64,000 nt of DNA from positions 45,612 to 109,611 of the forward strand of contig JAQWSC010000008.1 in NCBI GenBank assembly GCA_029243385.1, given 5' to 3'. Shown piece by piece: positions 1 through 8,630 of this stretch. Position numbers and translations under genes: made by a program. This DNA comes from Flavobacteriaceae bacterium (GTDB taxonomy: Bacteria > Bacteroidota > Bacteroidia > Flavobacteriales > Flavobacteriaceae). Within the stretch, counting starts at the first letter, position 1. The number at the start of each line of letters is the position of its first letter. The notes beneath the pieces were generated by a model. That model was not told the origin of the DNA and searched no databases. It saw nothing but the letters and a program-made list of their open reading frames with translations.

Positions 1-972
1 ATCAGCGTCGGTGCTAAATTTAACCGACTCGGTGTCATTGTTAAGTACACCTGCTTTTTGGTATTCTGATACGCGCTTTTCAAAGAAATTGGTTTTCCCT
101 TGCAAAGAGATCATATCCATAAAATCAAAGGGGTTAGTGGCGTTGTATTCCTTTTCACATTCGAGTTCTACCAACAAACGATCCGTAACAAATTCGAGGT
201 ACTGTGTCATCAGATTTGCATTCATTCCAATCAAACTTACTGGAAGCGATTCGGTAACAAATTCACGTTCAATAGTGAGTGCATCGATAATGATTTCACG
301 AATCCTTTCTTTAGGAACTTGATTGACAAGATGGTTGTTGTGAAGGTGTACGGCAAAATCACAGTGTACGCCTTCGTCTCTAGAAATTAGTTCATTAGAG
401 AACGTAAGGCCGGGCATGAGTCCGCGTTTTTTGAGCCAATAAATAGAACAGAAAGCTCCTGAGAAAAAGATTCCTTCGACTGCTGCAAAAGCTATAAGTC
501 GCTCAGCAAACGAATCCGACTCGATCCATTTCAATGCCCAATCGGCTTTCTTCTTGATCGCTGGAAAAACTTCGATAGCCTGAAATAGTTCGTTTTTTTC
601 AGCTTCATCTTTTACATAAGTGTCAATCAATAAAGAGTAGGTCTCTGAATGGATATTTTCCATCATGATTTGAAACCCGTAGAAAAATTTAGCCTCTGAA
701 TACTGCACTTCATTTACGAAGTTTTCAGCCAAGTTTTCGTTGACAATTCCGTCGGAAGCAGCAAAAAAAGCAAGAATGTGTTTGATAAAATACTTTTCAT
801 CTTCACTCAGCTTTTCATTCCAATCGCTAAGGTCTTGTTGTAAATCAATTTCTTCTGCAGTCCAAAAACTTGCTTCCATTTTTTTGTACCAATCCCAAAT
901 ATCGTGATGTTCAATTGGAAAAATAACAAAACGATTTTTGTTTTCTTGAAGGATGGGTTCGATTGCAGACAT
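1..972 (-). CDS. nrdB: ribonucleoside-diphosphate reductase beta subunit (class Ia R2); 3' end runs off the window
   Basis: Absent from the ORF track because there is no stop inside the window. Minus-strand translation from ATG 972-970 reads [31 protein letters not shown]... Di-iron ExxH motifs MENIHSE and RDEGVHCDF are present. The frame is open to base 1 and ends ...KFSTDAD, so probably only a codon or two are missing. Confidence 0.9.
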   Translation of the reverse strand, partial: MSAIEPILQENKNRFVIFPIEHHDIWDWYKKMEASFWTAEEIDLQQDLSDWNEKLSEDEKYFIKHILAFFAASDGIVNENLAENFVNEVQYSEAKFFYGFQIMMENIHSETYSLLIDTYVKDEAEKNELFQAIEVFPAIKKKADWALKWIESDSFAERLIAFAAVEGIFFSGAFCSIYWLKKRGLMPGLTFSNELISRDEGVHCDFAVHLHNNHLVNQVPKERIREIIIDALTIEREFVTESLPVSLIGMNANLMTQYLEFVTDRLLVELECEKEYNATNPFDFMDMISLQGKTNFFEKRVSEYQKAGVLNNDTESVKFSTDAD

Positions 973-1121
973 GTTTTATGTATTAAAAGTTAGTGTTGTA
1001 AAAAAATCAACTTGGAGCCTTACAAAGATTTCAAAATGTTTGGAAAAATAAAAGGAGTACTTATTCACAAAGGCTATGAGTTTTTAACAATTACTCGGTT
1101 TTTTCCTACGCATTGATTTTT

Positions 1122-1136
1122 TTGCGAATTTCGCAA
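1122..1136. promoter_or_regulatory. perfect 15-bp palindrome TTGCGAAtTTCGCAA between the DUF3109 gene and nrdB
   Basis: Read directly: 7-bp arms around a single central base, about 150 nt upstream of the nrdB ATG. On the minus strand it is followed by an A-run, not a U-run, so it is not a terminator. Confidence 0.3.
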
Positions 1137-1228
1137 TCAGCTGTATATCAGTTTTTTATCTTGGTATTTTTCGGCGAAACTCCCATAGACACTGAGAACA
1201 TCAGTTGAGCGTTAGCAGACCAAAAAAG

Positions 1229-1801
1229 TTAACTGTCGCGATGTTGCTTTGCAATTTCTTCCAAAGAGGCATACCATTCGCTTCCAAATTTTCGAATCAA
1301 AGCTTCTTTGACAAATTGATACAGCGGAACTTGAAGGGATGCCCCCAACGAACAAGCATCGTCACAAATTTGCCAAGCATGGTAATTTACGGCCGTAAAC
1401 TCTGAGTATTTTTGAACTCGAATGGGATACAAATGACACGAAATGGGTTTTTTCCAATCGATGGCTTTGTCGTTATAGGCTTGTTCAATCCCACAACAAA
1501 GAACGCCCTTGGAGTCGTAAGTAACATAAGCACATTCTTTATCCTTTACAAGAGGGGTTTCCCAGTCGCCGTCTTCTCCCTTAATAAAGGTGCCTTGTGC
1601 GTCGATTGCTGCAAGCCCTTCCGGTCTAAGATAAGGGCGGATGGCTGCGTGCTGTGATTCCAAAATAGTGGTTTCTTCTTCCTCCAAAGGAGCTCCTGCA
1701 GAACCTTCTATACAACATGCTCCTTTACAGGCCGACAAATTGCAAACAAATTCTTGTTCCAATATTTGTTCCGATACAATGGTTTTTCCTAAATGAAACA
1801 T
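1229..1801 (-). CDS. DUF3109-like cysteine-rich protein
   Basis: MFHLGKTIVSEQILEQEFVCNLSACKGACCIEG..., with further Cys clusters (LCCG, SCHLYP, ICDDAC). The track start at 1873 was trimmed to the internal ATG at 1801, which has a -7 box just upstream. Confidence 0.7.
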   Translation of the reverse strand: MFHLGKTIVSEQILEQEFVCNLSACKGACCIEGSAGAPLEEEETTILESQHAAIRPYLRPEGLAAIDAQGTFIKGEDGDWETPLVKDKECAYVTYDSKGVLCCGIEQAYNDKAIDWKKPISCHLYPIRVQKYSEFTAVNYHAWQICDDACSLGASLQVPLYQFVKEALIRKFGSEWYASLEEIAKQHRDS

Positions 1802-1805
1802 CTGA

Positions 1806-1813
1806 CAAAAATA
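1806..1813 (-). promoter_or_regulatory. candidate -7 box (TAnnTTTG) for the DUF3109 gene
   Basis: Minus strand reads TATTTTTG-TCAG-ATG, only 4 nt before the start codon. Confidence 0.3.
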
Positions 1814-1881
1814 GGGATTTAAAATGGCACAAACCGAATGAAAATTTAATCTCAAAAAAATACAACTCGCCAAAATTAAAG

Positions 1882-1889
1882 TATCTTTG
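1882..1889 (+). promoter_or_regulatory. candidate -7 box (TATCTTTG) for the marC-family gene
   Basis: Matches TAnnTTTG, 28 nt upstream of ATG 1918. Confidence 0.4.
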
Positions 1890-1917
1890 CATTGTAATTT
1901 TTAATGAGTTATTTGTC

Positions 1918-2484
1918 ATGAATTTTAAAGAAATATTTACTGCTGGAATGGTTCTTTTTGCTGTGATTGATATTGTGGGAAGCGTCCCTATCATTATCAG
2001 TTTGCGAAAAAAAGTAGGGCATATTCAATCGGGCAAAGCCTCTTTAGTGGCGTGTGTTATTATGATTGCTTTTTTGTTTATTGGCGAGGAAATTTTACGA
2101 TTGATTGGCATTGATGTAAATTCGTTTGCGGTAGCTGGTTCGTTGGTAATTTTGTTTTTAGCACTGGAAATGGTTTTGGGAATTTCCTTGTTCAAAGAAG
2201 AAAGTCCCGCATCAGCTTCTATTGTTCCTATTGCGTTTCCTCTTATTGCAGGTGCAGGAACACTTACTTCATTGTTATCGCTTCGTGCAGAATTTCAACT
2301 CATCAATATCATCATTGCCATTGTATTCAACATCGTCATTGTTTATACGGTTCTTAAATCGTCCCAACGAATCGAAAGGGCTTTGGGAACTTCAGGAATT
2401 GCCGTTGTTAGAAAGATTTTTGGAGTGGTTTTATTGGCCATTGCTGTCAAGCTATTTGCTAGCAATGTGCAACAACTTTTATAA
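1918..2484 (+). CDS. MarC family (UPF0056) integral membrane protein
   Basis: MNFKEIFTAGMVLFAVIDIVGSVPIII..., multi-TM. The track start at 1717 was trimmed to ATG 1918. Confidence 0.8.
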   Translation: MNFKEIFTAGMVLFAVIDIVGSVPIIISLRKKVGHIQSGKASLVACVIMIAFLFIGEEILRLIGIDVNSFAVAGSLVILFLALEMVLGISLFKEESPASASIVPIAFPLIAGAGTLTSLLSLRAEFQLINIIIAIVFNIVIVYTVLKSSQRIERALGTSGIAVVRKIFGVVLLAIAVKLFASNVQQLL

Positions 2485-2494
2485 CTTTTTTTAG

Positions 2495-2692
2495 ATGAAA
2501 ACACTGATTTACACACTGTTGGTTTTAAGCATTTGCTTATTGGTTTTTAACACGACCCTGCTGAATTTTGATGCCCTTTTGGAAGGACAAAGTAAGATTG
2601 CTGTAATAGGTATTTTGGCAAGTTTGTGTAGCGTATTGCTTTTATGGATTCTGTTGGTTTCCAAAAAAATTAAGGAAAAAACTAAACAGTAG
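2495..2692 (+). CDS. small two-TM hypothetical protein
   Basis: 65 aa with two hydrophobic helices. ATG start 11 nt after the marC stop. Confidence 0.4.
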   Translation: MKTLIYTLLVLSICLLVFNTTLLNFDALLEGQSKIAVIGILASLCSVLLLWILLVSKKIKEKTKQ

Positions 2693-2699
2693 TACTGAA

Positions 2700-3122
2700 C
2701 TACAGAGTTGGTAGGTGTGTCAATTCAATTCCAGCTTTGGATAAAAATTCCAATCCCGAACTGTCTTTGTATTTTTTGTGATACACTACCCGCTTGATTC
2801 CCGCTTGATGAATTAATTTGCTACATTCTTTGCAAGGAGAAAGCGTAATATAAAGAGTTGCGTCTTGGCAAGATTGTGTAGATGCTGCCACTTTCATAAT
2901 GGCATTGGCTTCTGCATGAAGCACATACCATTTGGTATATTGATCTTCATCTTCGCATACGTTTTCAAATCCAGAAGGTGTCCCGTTGTATCCATCGGAA
3001 ATAATCATCCTATCTTTTACAATCAGTGCTCCTACCTTTTTTCGTTCACAGTAGGATAGTTGTGCCCATTCGAGCGCCATTTTTAAATACGATCGATCGT
3101 ATTTGGTTTGTTTTTCGTTCAT
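2700..3122 (-). CDS. deoxycytidylate (dCMP) deaminase
   Basis: Zinc motifs HAEANAI and PCKECSKLI. The track start at 3128 is TTG; the ATG is at 3122 (MNEKQTKYDRSYL...). Confidence 0.85.
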   Translation of the reverse strand: MNEKQTKYDRSYLKMALEWAQLSYCERKKVGALIVKDRMIISDGYNGTPSGFENVCEDEDQYTKWYVLHAEANAIMKVAASTQSCQDATLYITLSPCKECSKLIHQAGIKRVVYHKKYKDSSGLEFLSKAGIELTHLPTL

Positions 3123-3124
3123 CC

Positions 3125-3709
3125 TCAAGAAAGTGTTGCATTAATAATCATAGGCAAAACCACACCAAAGACAATCGCAGAACCTACCAAAATAAAATCG
3201 CGTCGAGAAACTTTAAACAACCCGATAACAATAAATGAGATTAAAAAAACGACGAATCCTATAATCAATTGAGCCAATTCTACGCCCAAAGCAAATTCAA
3301 TCAAAGGAAGTAACTTGGAGGATAAAGAGCTGGTAATTTGTTTGAAATAGCTTGAAAATCCTAGTCCGTGGACAAGCCCAAAAAACAGCGAGGATACAAT
3401 CGATATGATAAACGTTCGGTCAGAACCTGAACTTCGTGCCGTAATCATATTGTATAAAGCCGTAGCCATAATCGTAACCACAATCAAGAATTCAATCCAA
3501 GATGCGTTAACCCTGACAACTCCATATACAGAAAGTGCTAACGAAATGCTATGACCAATCGTAAATACCGTAATCAACCAAATAAGATTCCTCCATTGCT
3601 TGGAGGCATACGGCAAGCACAAGACTACCAAAAAAAGAAGATGGTCTAAGGCGTTCCAATCCAAAATATGATACAATCCTAATTTGGAATAAAATAAAAA
3701 CTCATTCAT
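3125..3709 (-). CDS. HupE/UreJ family membrane protein
   Basis: N-terminal LGLYHILDWNALDHLLFLVVL resembles the HupE signature; about 6 TM. The stop lies 2 nt before the dCMP deaminase ATG. Confidence 0.65.
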   Translation of the reverse strand: MNEFLFYSKLGLYHILDWNALDHLLFLVVLCLPYASKQWRNLIWLITVFTIGHSISLALSVYGVVRVNASWIEFLIVVTIMATALYNMITARSSGSDRTFIISIVSSLFFGLVHGLGFSSYFKQITSSLSSKLLPLIEFALGVELAQLIIGFVVFLISFIVIGLFKVSRRDFILVGSAIVFGVVLPMIINATLS

Positions 3710-3726
3710 TGTTTTTCTGTTTCAGT

Positions 3727-3734
3727 CAAACTTA
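3727..3734 (-). promoter_or_regulatory. candidate -7 box (TAAGTTTG) for the hupE-like/dCMP deaminase pair
   Basis: Plus strand reads CAAACTTA, 17 nt upstream of ATG 3709. Confidence 0.35.
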
Positions 3735-3745
3735 CAAAAAAAGCA

Positions 3746-4471
3746 CTAGAAACCACGTTCTCGTTTAATTTGTTCGTAGGCTTTTTGAATTTGTTGAAAT
3801 TTTTCTTGAGCACCTTTTACATAGGCTTCTCCCAAATGTTGCACTTTGTCGGGATGGTGTTTTTTCGCCAAGTTTCGATAGGCTTTTTTGATAGTCGTAT
3901 CGGTCGCACTTCGATCAACTTCTAGGATTTTATATGCGCTCCCAACCTCTTTAACGAACATGGCTTTGATGCTATTAAAGTCCAGGGTGCTAATTCGAAG
4001 GTAATTGGCAAATGCGTTTAGTTTATGAAGCTCCTGTTCTGAAATTCCACCGTCTGCATTGGCAATTCCAAACAAAAAGTGAAGCAGTTGTAATCGGCTT
4101 TCATACCGGGCAAATTGCACAAAAAAGTTACAGATTTCCGTAGCAGATATTTGATCCTTGTCAATTTGTTCGTTAAAAACCTTAAAAACTGCGTTGGCAC
4201 GTTCTTTTCCGTATGCCGAAACAAAATAATTTCGCACATAGTCCAACTCTTTTTGTTCTACTTTACCATCGGCCTTGATAATTAACGAAGCAAGCGCCAA
4301 GAGTTTGAGTTCAAAATCTTGGGGCGTTATTTTGGAGCGTTGCCAGGTGTCAAAAACACGTCTTTGATTGCCGTTTTGAAATCCTTCGAAAAGGCTTCCA
4401 ATAAAATACCCCAAAACGGCTCCTGGAAAACGAAAAAGATAATATCCAACGATGGCAGCAATCCATTTCAT
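3746..4471 (-). CDS. DjlA-like co-chaperone (N-terminal TM, TerB-like domain, C-terminal J domain)
   Basis: J domain [31 protein letters not shown] carries the HPD motif. Hydrophobic N-terminus. Confidence 0.75.
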   Translation of the reverse strand: MKWIAAIVGYYLFRFPGAVLGYFIGSLFEGFQNGNQRRVFDTWQRSKITPQDFELKLLALASLIIKADGKVEQKELDYVRNYFVSAYGKERANAVFKVFNEQIDKDQISATEICNFFVQFARYESRLQLLHFLFGIANADGGISEQELHKLNAFANYLRISTLDFNSIKAMFVKEVGSAYKILEVDRSATDTTIKKAYRNLAKKHHPDKVQHLGEAYVKGAQEKFQQIQKAYEQIKRERGF

Positions 4472-4543
4472 TTGTATCTGTATTTAGGTGTGCTAAGTTA
4501 AAAATGTTTTTCGGTAGAACGAAGCTTATTTTTGAATCTTTAG

Positions 4544-4551
4544 TATCTTTG
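4544..4551 (+). promoter_or_regulatory. candidate -7 box (TATCTTTG) for the bacilliredoxin gene
   Basis: 24 nt upstream of ATG 4576. A second match, TATTTTTG, lies at 4527-4534. Confidence 0.35.
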
Positions 4552-4575
4552 TAGTTCAAAATTAAACGTTTGATT

Positions 4576-4986
4576 ATGTATCCACCAGAACTTGTACAAC
4601 CAATGCGAGAAGAACTTACCTCCATTGGATTTGAAGAAATTATAAATTCAGCTGACGTTGAATCAGCCATACAAAAAGAAGGAACTGCGTTGGTCGTAGT
4701 AAATTCTGTTTGTGGTTGTGCTGCAGCCAACGCCCGTCCGGGAGCAAAAATGTCTTTAGAAAATGATAAAAAACCCAGCCGATTGATTACTGTATTTGCT
4801 GGAGTCGATAAAGAAGCAACCAACACAGCTCGTGGCTTTATGGCGCCGTTTCCGCCTTCATCGCCCAGTATGGCGTTGTTCAAAAATGGCGAACTGGTTC
4901 ATATGCTAGAACGTCATCATATTGAGGGAAGACCTGCAGAGCTAATTGCAGAAAATCTCAAAGATGCTTTCAACGAACACTGTTAA
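4576..4986 (+). CDS. BrxA/BrxB-family bacilliredoxin (YphP/YqiW-like thiol-disulfide oxidoreductase)
   Basis: MYPPELVQPMREELT... with the CGC active site in NSVCGCAAANARPG. The track start at 4570 is TTG; the ATG is at 4576. Confidence 0.8.
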   Translation: MYPPELVQPMREELTSIGFEEIINSADVESAIQKEGTALVVVNSVCGCAAANARPGAKMSLENDKKPSRLITVFAGVDKEATNTARGFMAPFPPSSPSMALFKNGELVHMLERHHIEGRPAELIAENLKDAFNEHC

Positions 4987-4991
4987 TTTAC

Positions 4992-5016
4992 AACCCTCTT
5001 TTTGAGGGTTTTTTTT
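4992..5016 (+). terminator. intrinsic terminator candidate after the bacilliredoxin gene
   Basis: Stem AACCCTC/GAGGGTT with loop TTTTT, followed by T6. It ends 1 nt before the plsC-like ATG. Confidence 0.6.
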
Positions 5017-5017
5017 A

Positions 5018-5746
5018 ATGAAAAAAATAGTCGCATATCCGCTCTCCTTTTGTTTTTATTTTTTGTTTGGACTTGTGCTGTGTGTTTTTCATCCCATCCT
5101 TTGGATAGGCTACAAAATTTCTCCAAACTCATTGGATCGTTGTGTTAGCGTCCTAAATCTCTTTATAATTCGATTGCTTCTTATTTTGGGAATACGCGTT
5201 TCCATTGAAAAGCCCTCTTTAGAAAAAAACAGATCATACATCATTGTTGCCAACCACCAAAGCACTTTTGATATTCCGCCCATATTGTGGTTTCTTAGAG
5301 ACTTGCATCCCAAATTTATAAGCAAAAAAGAACTCGGAAAAGGAATTCCTAGCGTTTCCTTTAATCTGCGTTATGGGGGTTCGGTTCTTATCGACCGTAA
5401 AGATTCTATACAATCTGTCAAGGCCATTCGAGATTTTGCTGAAGCTACATACACCAAAGGGCATTCTGCTGTAATTTTTCCAGAAGGAACCCGAAGTAAA
5501 AATGGTGTTTCAAAGAAATTTAGAACCAGCGGTCTAAAGGTTTTATTAGAACAAATGCCCGACGCTTATTTACTTCCAATTACCATCAATCATTCATGGA
5601 AGACAATGCAATACGGAAGTTTTCCGATGGGGATTTGTGCAAATATTCAGCTAAAAGTACATCCACCCCTTGCTAGAAAAGACAAAACAATACAGGACCT
5701 CATCGAAGCGACGGAATCAACAATTAAGAGAAGTATCGTTGTTTAA
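5018..5746 (+). CDS. 1-acyl-sn-glycerol-3-phosphate acyltransferase family protein
   Basis: HX4D motif NHQSTFD and the FPEGTRS motif. Confidence 0.8.
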   Translation: MKKIVAYPLSFCFYFLFGLVLCVFHPILWIGYKISPNSLDRCVSVLNLFIIRLLLILGIRVSIEKPSLEKNRSYIIVANHQSTFDIPPILWFLRDLHPKFISKKELGKGIPSVSFNLRYGGSVLIDRKDSIQSVKAIRDFAEATYTKGHSAVIFPEGTRSKNGVSKKFRTSGLKVLLEQMPDAYLLPITINHSWKTMQYGSFPMGICANIQLKVHPPLARKDKTIQDLIEATESTIKRSIVV

Positions 5747-6516
5747 AATTTCGGTGTCTTTTTACTCATAAATGCTTTGGTTCCTGTTTTAAAATCTTGG
5801 GAGTCAAAACACGCAGCAAACGCTTCCATTTCTGCTTTGTATCCGTCAACTCCTTCTGAGAAACCTGCATGCATAGCAGCAATTGATTTAGCAAGGGCAT
5901 TGGGTGAGTTTTTGATAATTTTTTCAGCAATCGAAAACGATCGTTTAAGAAGTTGATCGGCAGAAGTAACATGATTTACCAAGCCTATTTCCAAAGCGCG
6001 ATTGGCATCAATCATTCCTGCTGTTAAAATCATTTCATGAGCCATTCCTTTACCTACCAACTGCGGAAGGCGTTGTGTGCCACCATACCCTGGAATCAAT
6101 CCCAAGGTGGTTTCTGGTAAGCCCATTTTTGCGTGATCGGATGCAACTCGAATATGACAAGACATCGCCAATTCGAGACCCCCTCCCAACGCATATCCAT
6201 TTATTGCCGCAATGACAGGTTTTGTGCTTTGCTCCAGAAAGTTAAAAACAAGTTCTTGTCCTTCTTTGGCTAAATCATATCCTTGTTGGGAGCTAAAGGT
6301 GTGAAATTCTGAAATGTCAGCTCCTGCCACAAATGCCTTCTCTCCACTTCCTGTTAAAACAATAACGCGTACTGCATCATCTGTCAGCAGTGCCGTAAAA
6401 GCCCAATGAAGTTCTGTCAATGTTTGTTTGTTGAGTGCGTTGAGTTTTTTGGGTCTGTTAATGGTTACTAATGCAATTTTTTGCTTGACAGAAACAAGAA
6501 TATTGGTGTATTTCAT
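5743..6516 (-). CDS. enoyl-CoA hydratase/isomerase (crotonase) family
   Basis: Crotonase fold motifs VAGADISEF and GYALGGGLELAMSC. Confidence 0.85.
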   Translation of the reverse strand: MKYTNILVSVKQKIALVTINRPKKLNALNKQTLTELHWAFTALLTDDAVRVIVLTGSGEKAFVAGADISEFHTFSSQQGYDLAKEGQELVFNFLEQSTKPVIAAINGYALGGGLELAMSCHIRVASDHAKMGLPETTLGLIPGYGGTQRLPQLVGKGMAHEMILTAGMIDANRALEIGLVNHVTSADQLLKRSFSIAEKIIKNSPNALAKSIAAMHAGFSEGVDGYKAEMEAFAACFDSQDFKTGTKAFMSKKTPKF

Positions 6517-6522
6517 ATCGAA

Positions 6523-7971
6523 TTATTTTGCAGAAAAAACAACTCTAAAAGTAGTTTTTTTGTTAGGTATGGAATTAAAAGTAATGGAGCCGTTGTAGGC
6601 TTGCAGTATGTTTTTTACCATTGCAAGACCCAGTCCCATCCCGCTTGTTTTGGTAGTGAATTTAGGCTCAAAAATTTTATCACTGTTTTTTTCTTCAATT
6701 CCTACTCCATTATCAGTAACCTCAATAACGATCTGGTTTTCTTGTTTTTGTACAAAAACTTTAATGATTGGCTGGGACAGTTCTTTACAGGCTTGAAGCG
6801 CATTTTTTACTAAATTAGTTACCACCCGAATAAGCTGTGTTCTATCAAAAATAGCGAAGATTTCCGCATCGGAAGATTCAAACCTGATGTGTTTTTCATT
6901 GAAAATTTCCAACGCTAATTTGGTGATTTTTACAACATCCAATTGTTCTGATTGCTGCGCTGGCATTTTAGCAAAATTGGAAAACGCAGAGGCAATGGAA
7001 GTCATGGTGTCAATTTGTTGAATAAGCGTGTTTGAAAAATCATTGATTTCTTGACTTTCGGGCGGTTGGTTTGAGCTGAACTTTTTCTGAAAACTTTGAA
7101 CCGTTAACCGCATTGGTGTTAATGGGTTTTTGATTTCATGCGCCACTTGCTTCGCCATTTCTCTCCAGGCTTGTTCGCGCTCACTTTTTGCTAATTTTTC
7201 TGCACTTTCTTCAAGTTTATCGACCATGCTGTTGTATGCATTTACAAGCGCTGTAATTTCTTTTCCTGATCCTGGTACATTGATTTTTTCGTTGCGCTTA
7301 TTCAGTCTCGTTCGCGCCATTTTGTAACTGATTTTACCCAGTGATTTTGTAATGTATTTGGATACTAGAAATGCCATGAGAATCGCTACCAAAAACATAA
7401 TAAAATACACTTGAATCAACCGGATTAAAAACGATCTTAATTCCATAGCACTGAAAGAATCGTCTTCAAAATAGGGCAAATTCAAAATTCCAATGGGCTT
7501 GAACTGCGCATCAATAATATAGGTGTACAGGGAACGAAATTGACCTTCATCATTGGTTATTTTTTCAACAAAACGCTTGTCTGAGCTGCTCATCATCTCG
7601 GACAGCACTTGACTGTTCATCGTGTGATCGCTCTTTTTTAAATTAAAATCGGCTATAGAGCTAAGCACTAAATTCCCCGACAAATCATAGATGTTAAAAT
7701 TTACGTTTTGAACATCCGCAATTTGATAAATTTCGTTTCTAAAAATAGAATCTAAATAGTTTTGGTCTGGAGGATACAAAGTGTTTTGAAGAACATACGC
7801 AATACTGGTCTGTAATTGAATTTCTTTGCGTTCCAATCGCTGTTGGTGGTATTCGTTGGACTGTTCACGATATTGATAGATGGTCACACCAGCAATTAGC
7901 ATCGAGGCGACTAGAGTCAATGAAATCATCGCCACAAAAATTCGGGTTCGAAGTGAAAATTGAGTTTTCAT
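6523..7971 (-). CDS. sensor histidine kinase (2 TM, HAMP-like linker, HisKA, HATPase)
   Basis: H-box AHEIKNPLTPM, N-box LVKNALQA, G-boxes DNGVGI and GMGLGLAMV. No response regulator is adjacent. Confidence 0.85.
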   Translation of the reverse strand: MKTQFSLRTRIFVAMISLTLVASMLIAGVTIYQYREQSNEYHQQRLERKEIQLQTSIAYVLQNTLYPPDQNYLDSIFRNEIYQIADVQNVNFNIYDLSGNLVLSSIADFNLKKSDHTMNSQVLSEMMSSSDKRFVEKITNDEGQFRSLYTYIIDAQFKPIGILNLPYFEDDSFSAMELRSFLIRLIQVYFIMFLVAILMAFLVSKYITKSLGKISYKMARTRLNKRNEKINVPGSGKEITALVNAYNSMVDKLEESAEKLAKSEREQAWREMAKQVAHEIKNPLTPMRLTVQSFQKKFSSNQPPESQEINDFSNTLIQQIDTMTSIASAFSNFAKMPAQQSEQLDVVKITKLALEIFNEKHIRFESSDAEIFAIFDRTQLIRVVTNLVKNALQACKELSQPIIKVFVQKQENQIVIEVTDNGVGIEEKNSDKIFEPKFTTKTSGMGLGLAMVKNILQAYNGSITFNSIPNKKTTFRVVFSAK

Positions 7972-8018
7972 TTACTGAATTTATGTAAAAATACTAAAAG
8001 TTAAAACGCTCTTTAAAT

Positions 8019-8552
8019 CTATCCTCTGATTCGCTTGTAAAGTCGGATTCCTAACATCAACAGGACCCCCAATCCAATAATCCCTAATACACCAAATAGC
8101 CAGCTAAACGAATCGCGCAGCATTACTATAAAAATTACAGCAAATAAGATAATCGTGGAGCCTTCGTTCCAAATTCTCATTTTGGTAGATGAATACCGAA
8201 TCACATCGTTTTGCAATTGCCGATAAATAACGTGTGTTTTCAAATGATAGGCAAACAAAAGACCTACAAATATCAATTTAATTAACATCCACTGTTGCGT
8301 CAGCCAAGCAGGCATCAAATACAAAAGCCATGCAGCAAAAAAAGTTGCTAATATTGCGGAAGGCCACGAAATAATATACCATAATCTTTTGGTCATTATC
8401 TTAAATTGGGGAACCAAAATATCTTTTTCAGAAGCTGGTCTTTGAGCAGCTTCGATATGATAAATAAACAGTCGAGGTATATAAAAAAGGCCCGCAAACC
8501 ATGTGATTACAAAAATCAGATGCAACGCTTTTATGTAATTGTAATATTCCAA
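8019..8552 (-). CDS. hemJ: protoporphyrinogen IX oxidase HemJ (CopD-like/UPF0093)
   Basis: KALHLIFVITWFAGLFYIPRLFIYH is typical of HemJ. The start codon is TTG (8552-8550) and no in-frame ATG is nearby. Confidence 0.75.
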   Translation of the reverse strand: MEYYNYIKALHLIFVITWFAGLFYIPRLFIYHIEAAQRPASEKDILVPQFKIMTKRLWYIISWPSAILATFFAAWLLYLMPAWLTQQWMLIKLIFVGLLFAYHLKTHVIYRQLQNDVIRYSSTKMRIWNEGSTIILFAVIFIVMLRDSFSWLFGVLGIIGLGVLLMLGIRLYKRIRG

Positions 8553-8630
8553 AAGCTTTTATTTTATTTAAAAATACACGTTTTAAATTTAATCCAGCGA
8601 ATTGATATCAAATCGTATAAAAATAAGTTT

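Noticed and set aside
973-1228. Possible riboswitch (B12) or NrdR box in the long nrdB leader.
   Set aside because: I could not find a B12-box-like GCCACTG core or a convincing NrdR-type palindrome. Only the TTGCGAAtTTCGCAA palindrome stands out, and it is reported separately.
3746-4471. TerB domain, considered as a tellurite-resistance or defence marker.
   Set aside because: The architecture (TM, TerB-like domain, then a J domain with HPD) is that of the DjlA co-chaperone. No other ter genes are nearby.
4350-4883. 177-aa antisense ORF spanning the djlA-like start, the intergenic region and the bacilliredoxin gene.
   Set aside because: It crosses a promoter region, lies antisense to a gene with clear family motifs, and its translation is low-complexity (S/T/A/N-rich) with no recognisable motif. 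It is most likely a chance open frame.
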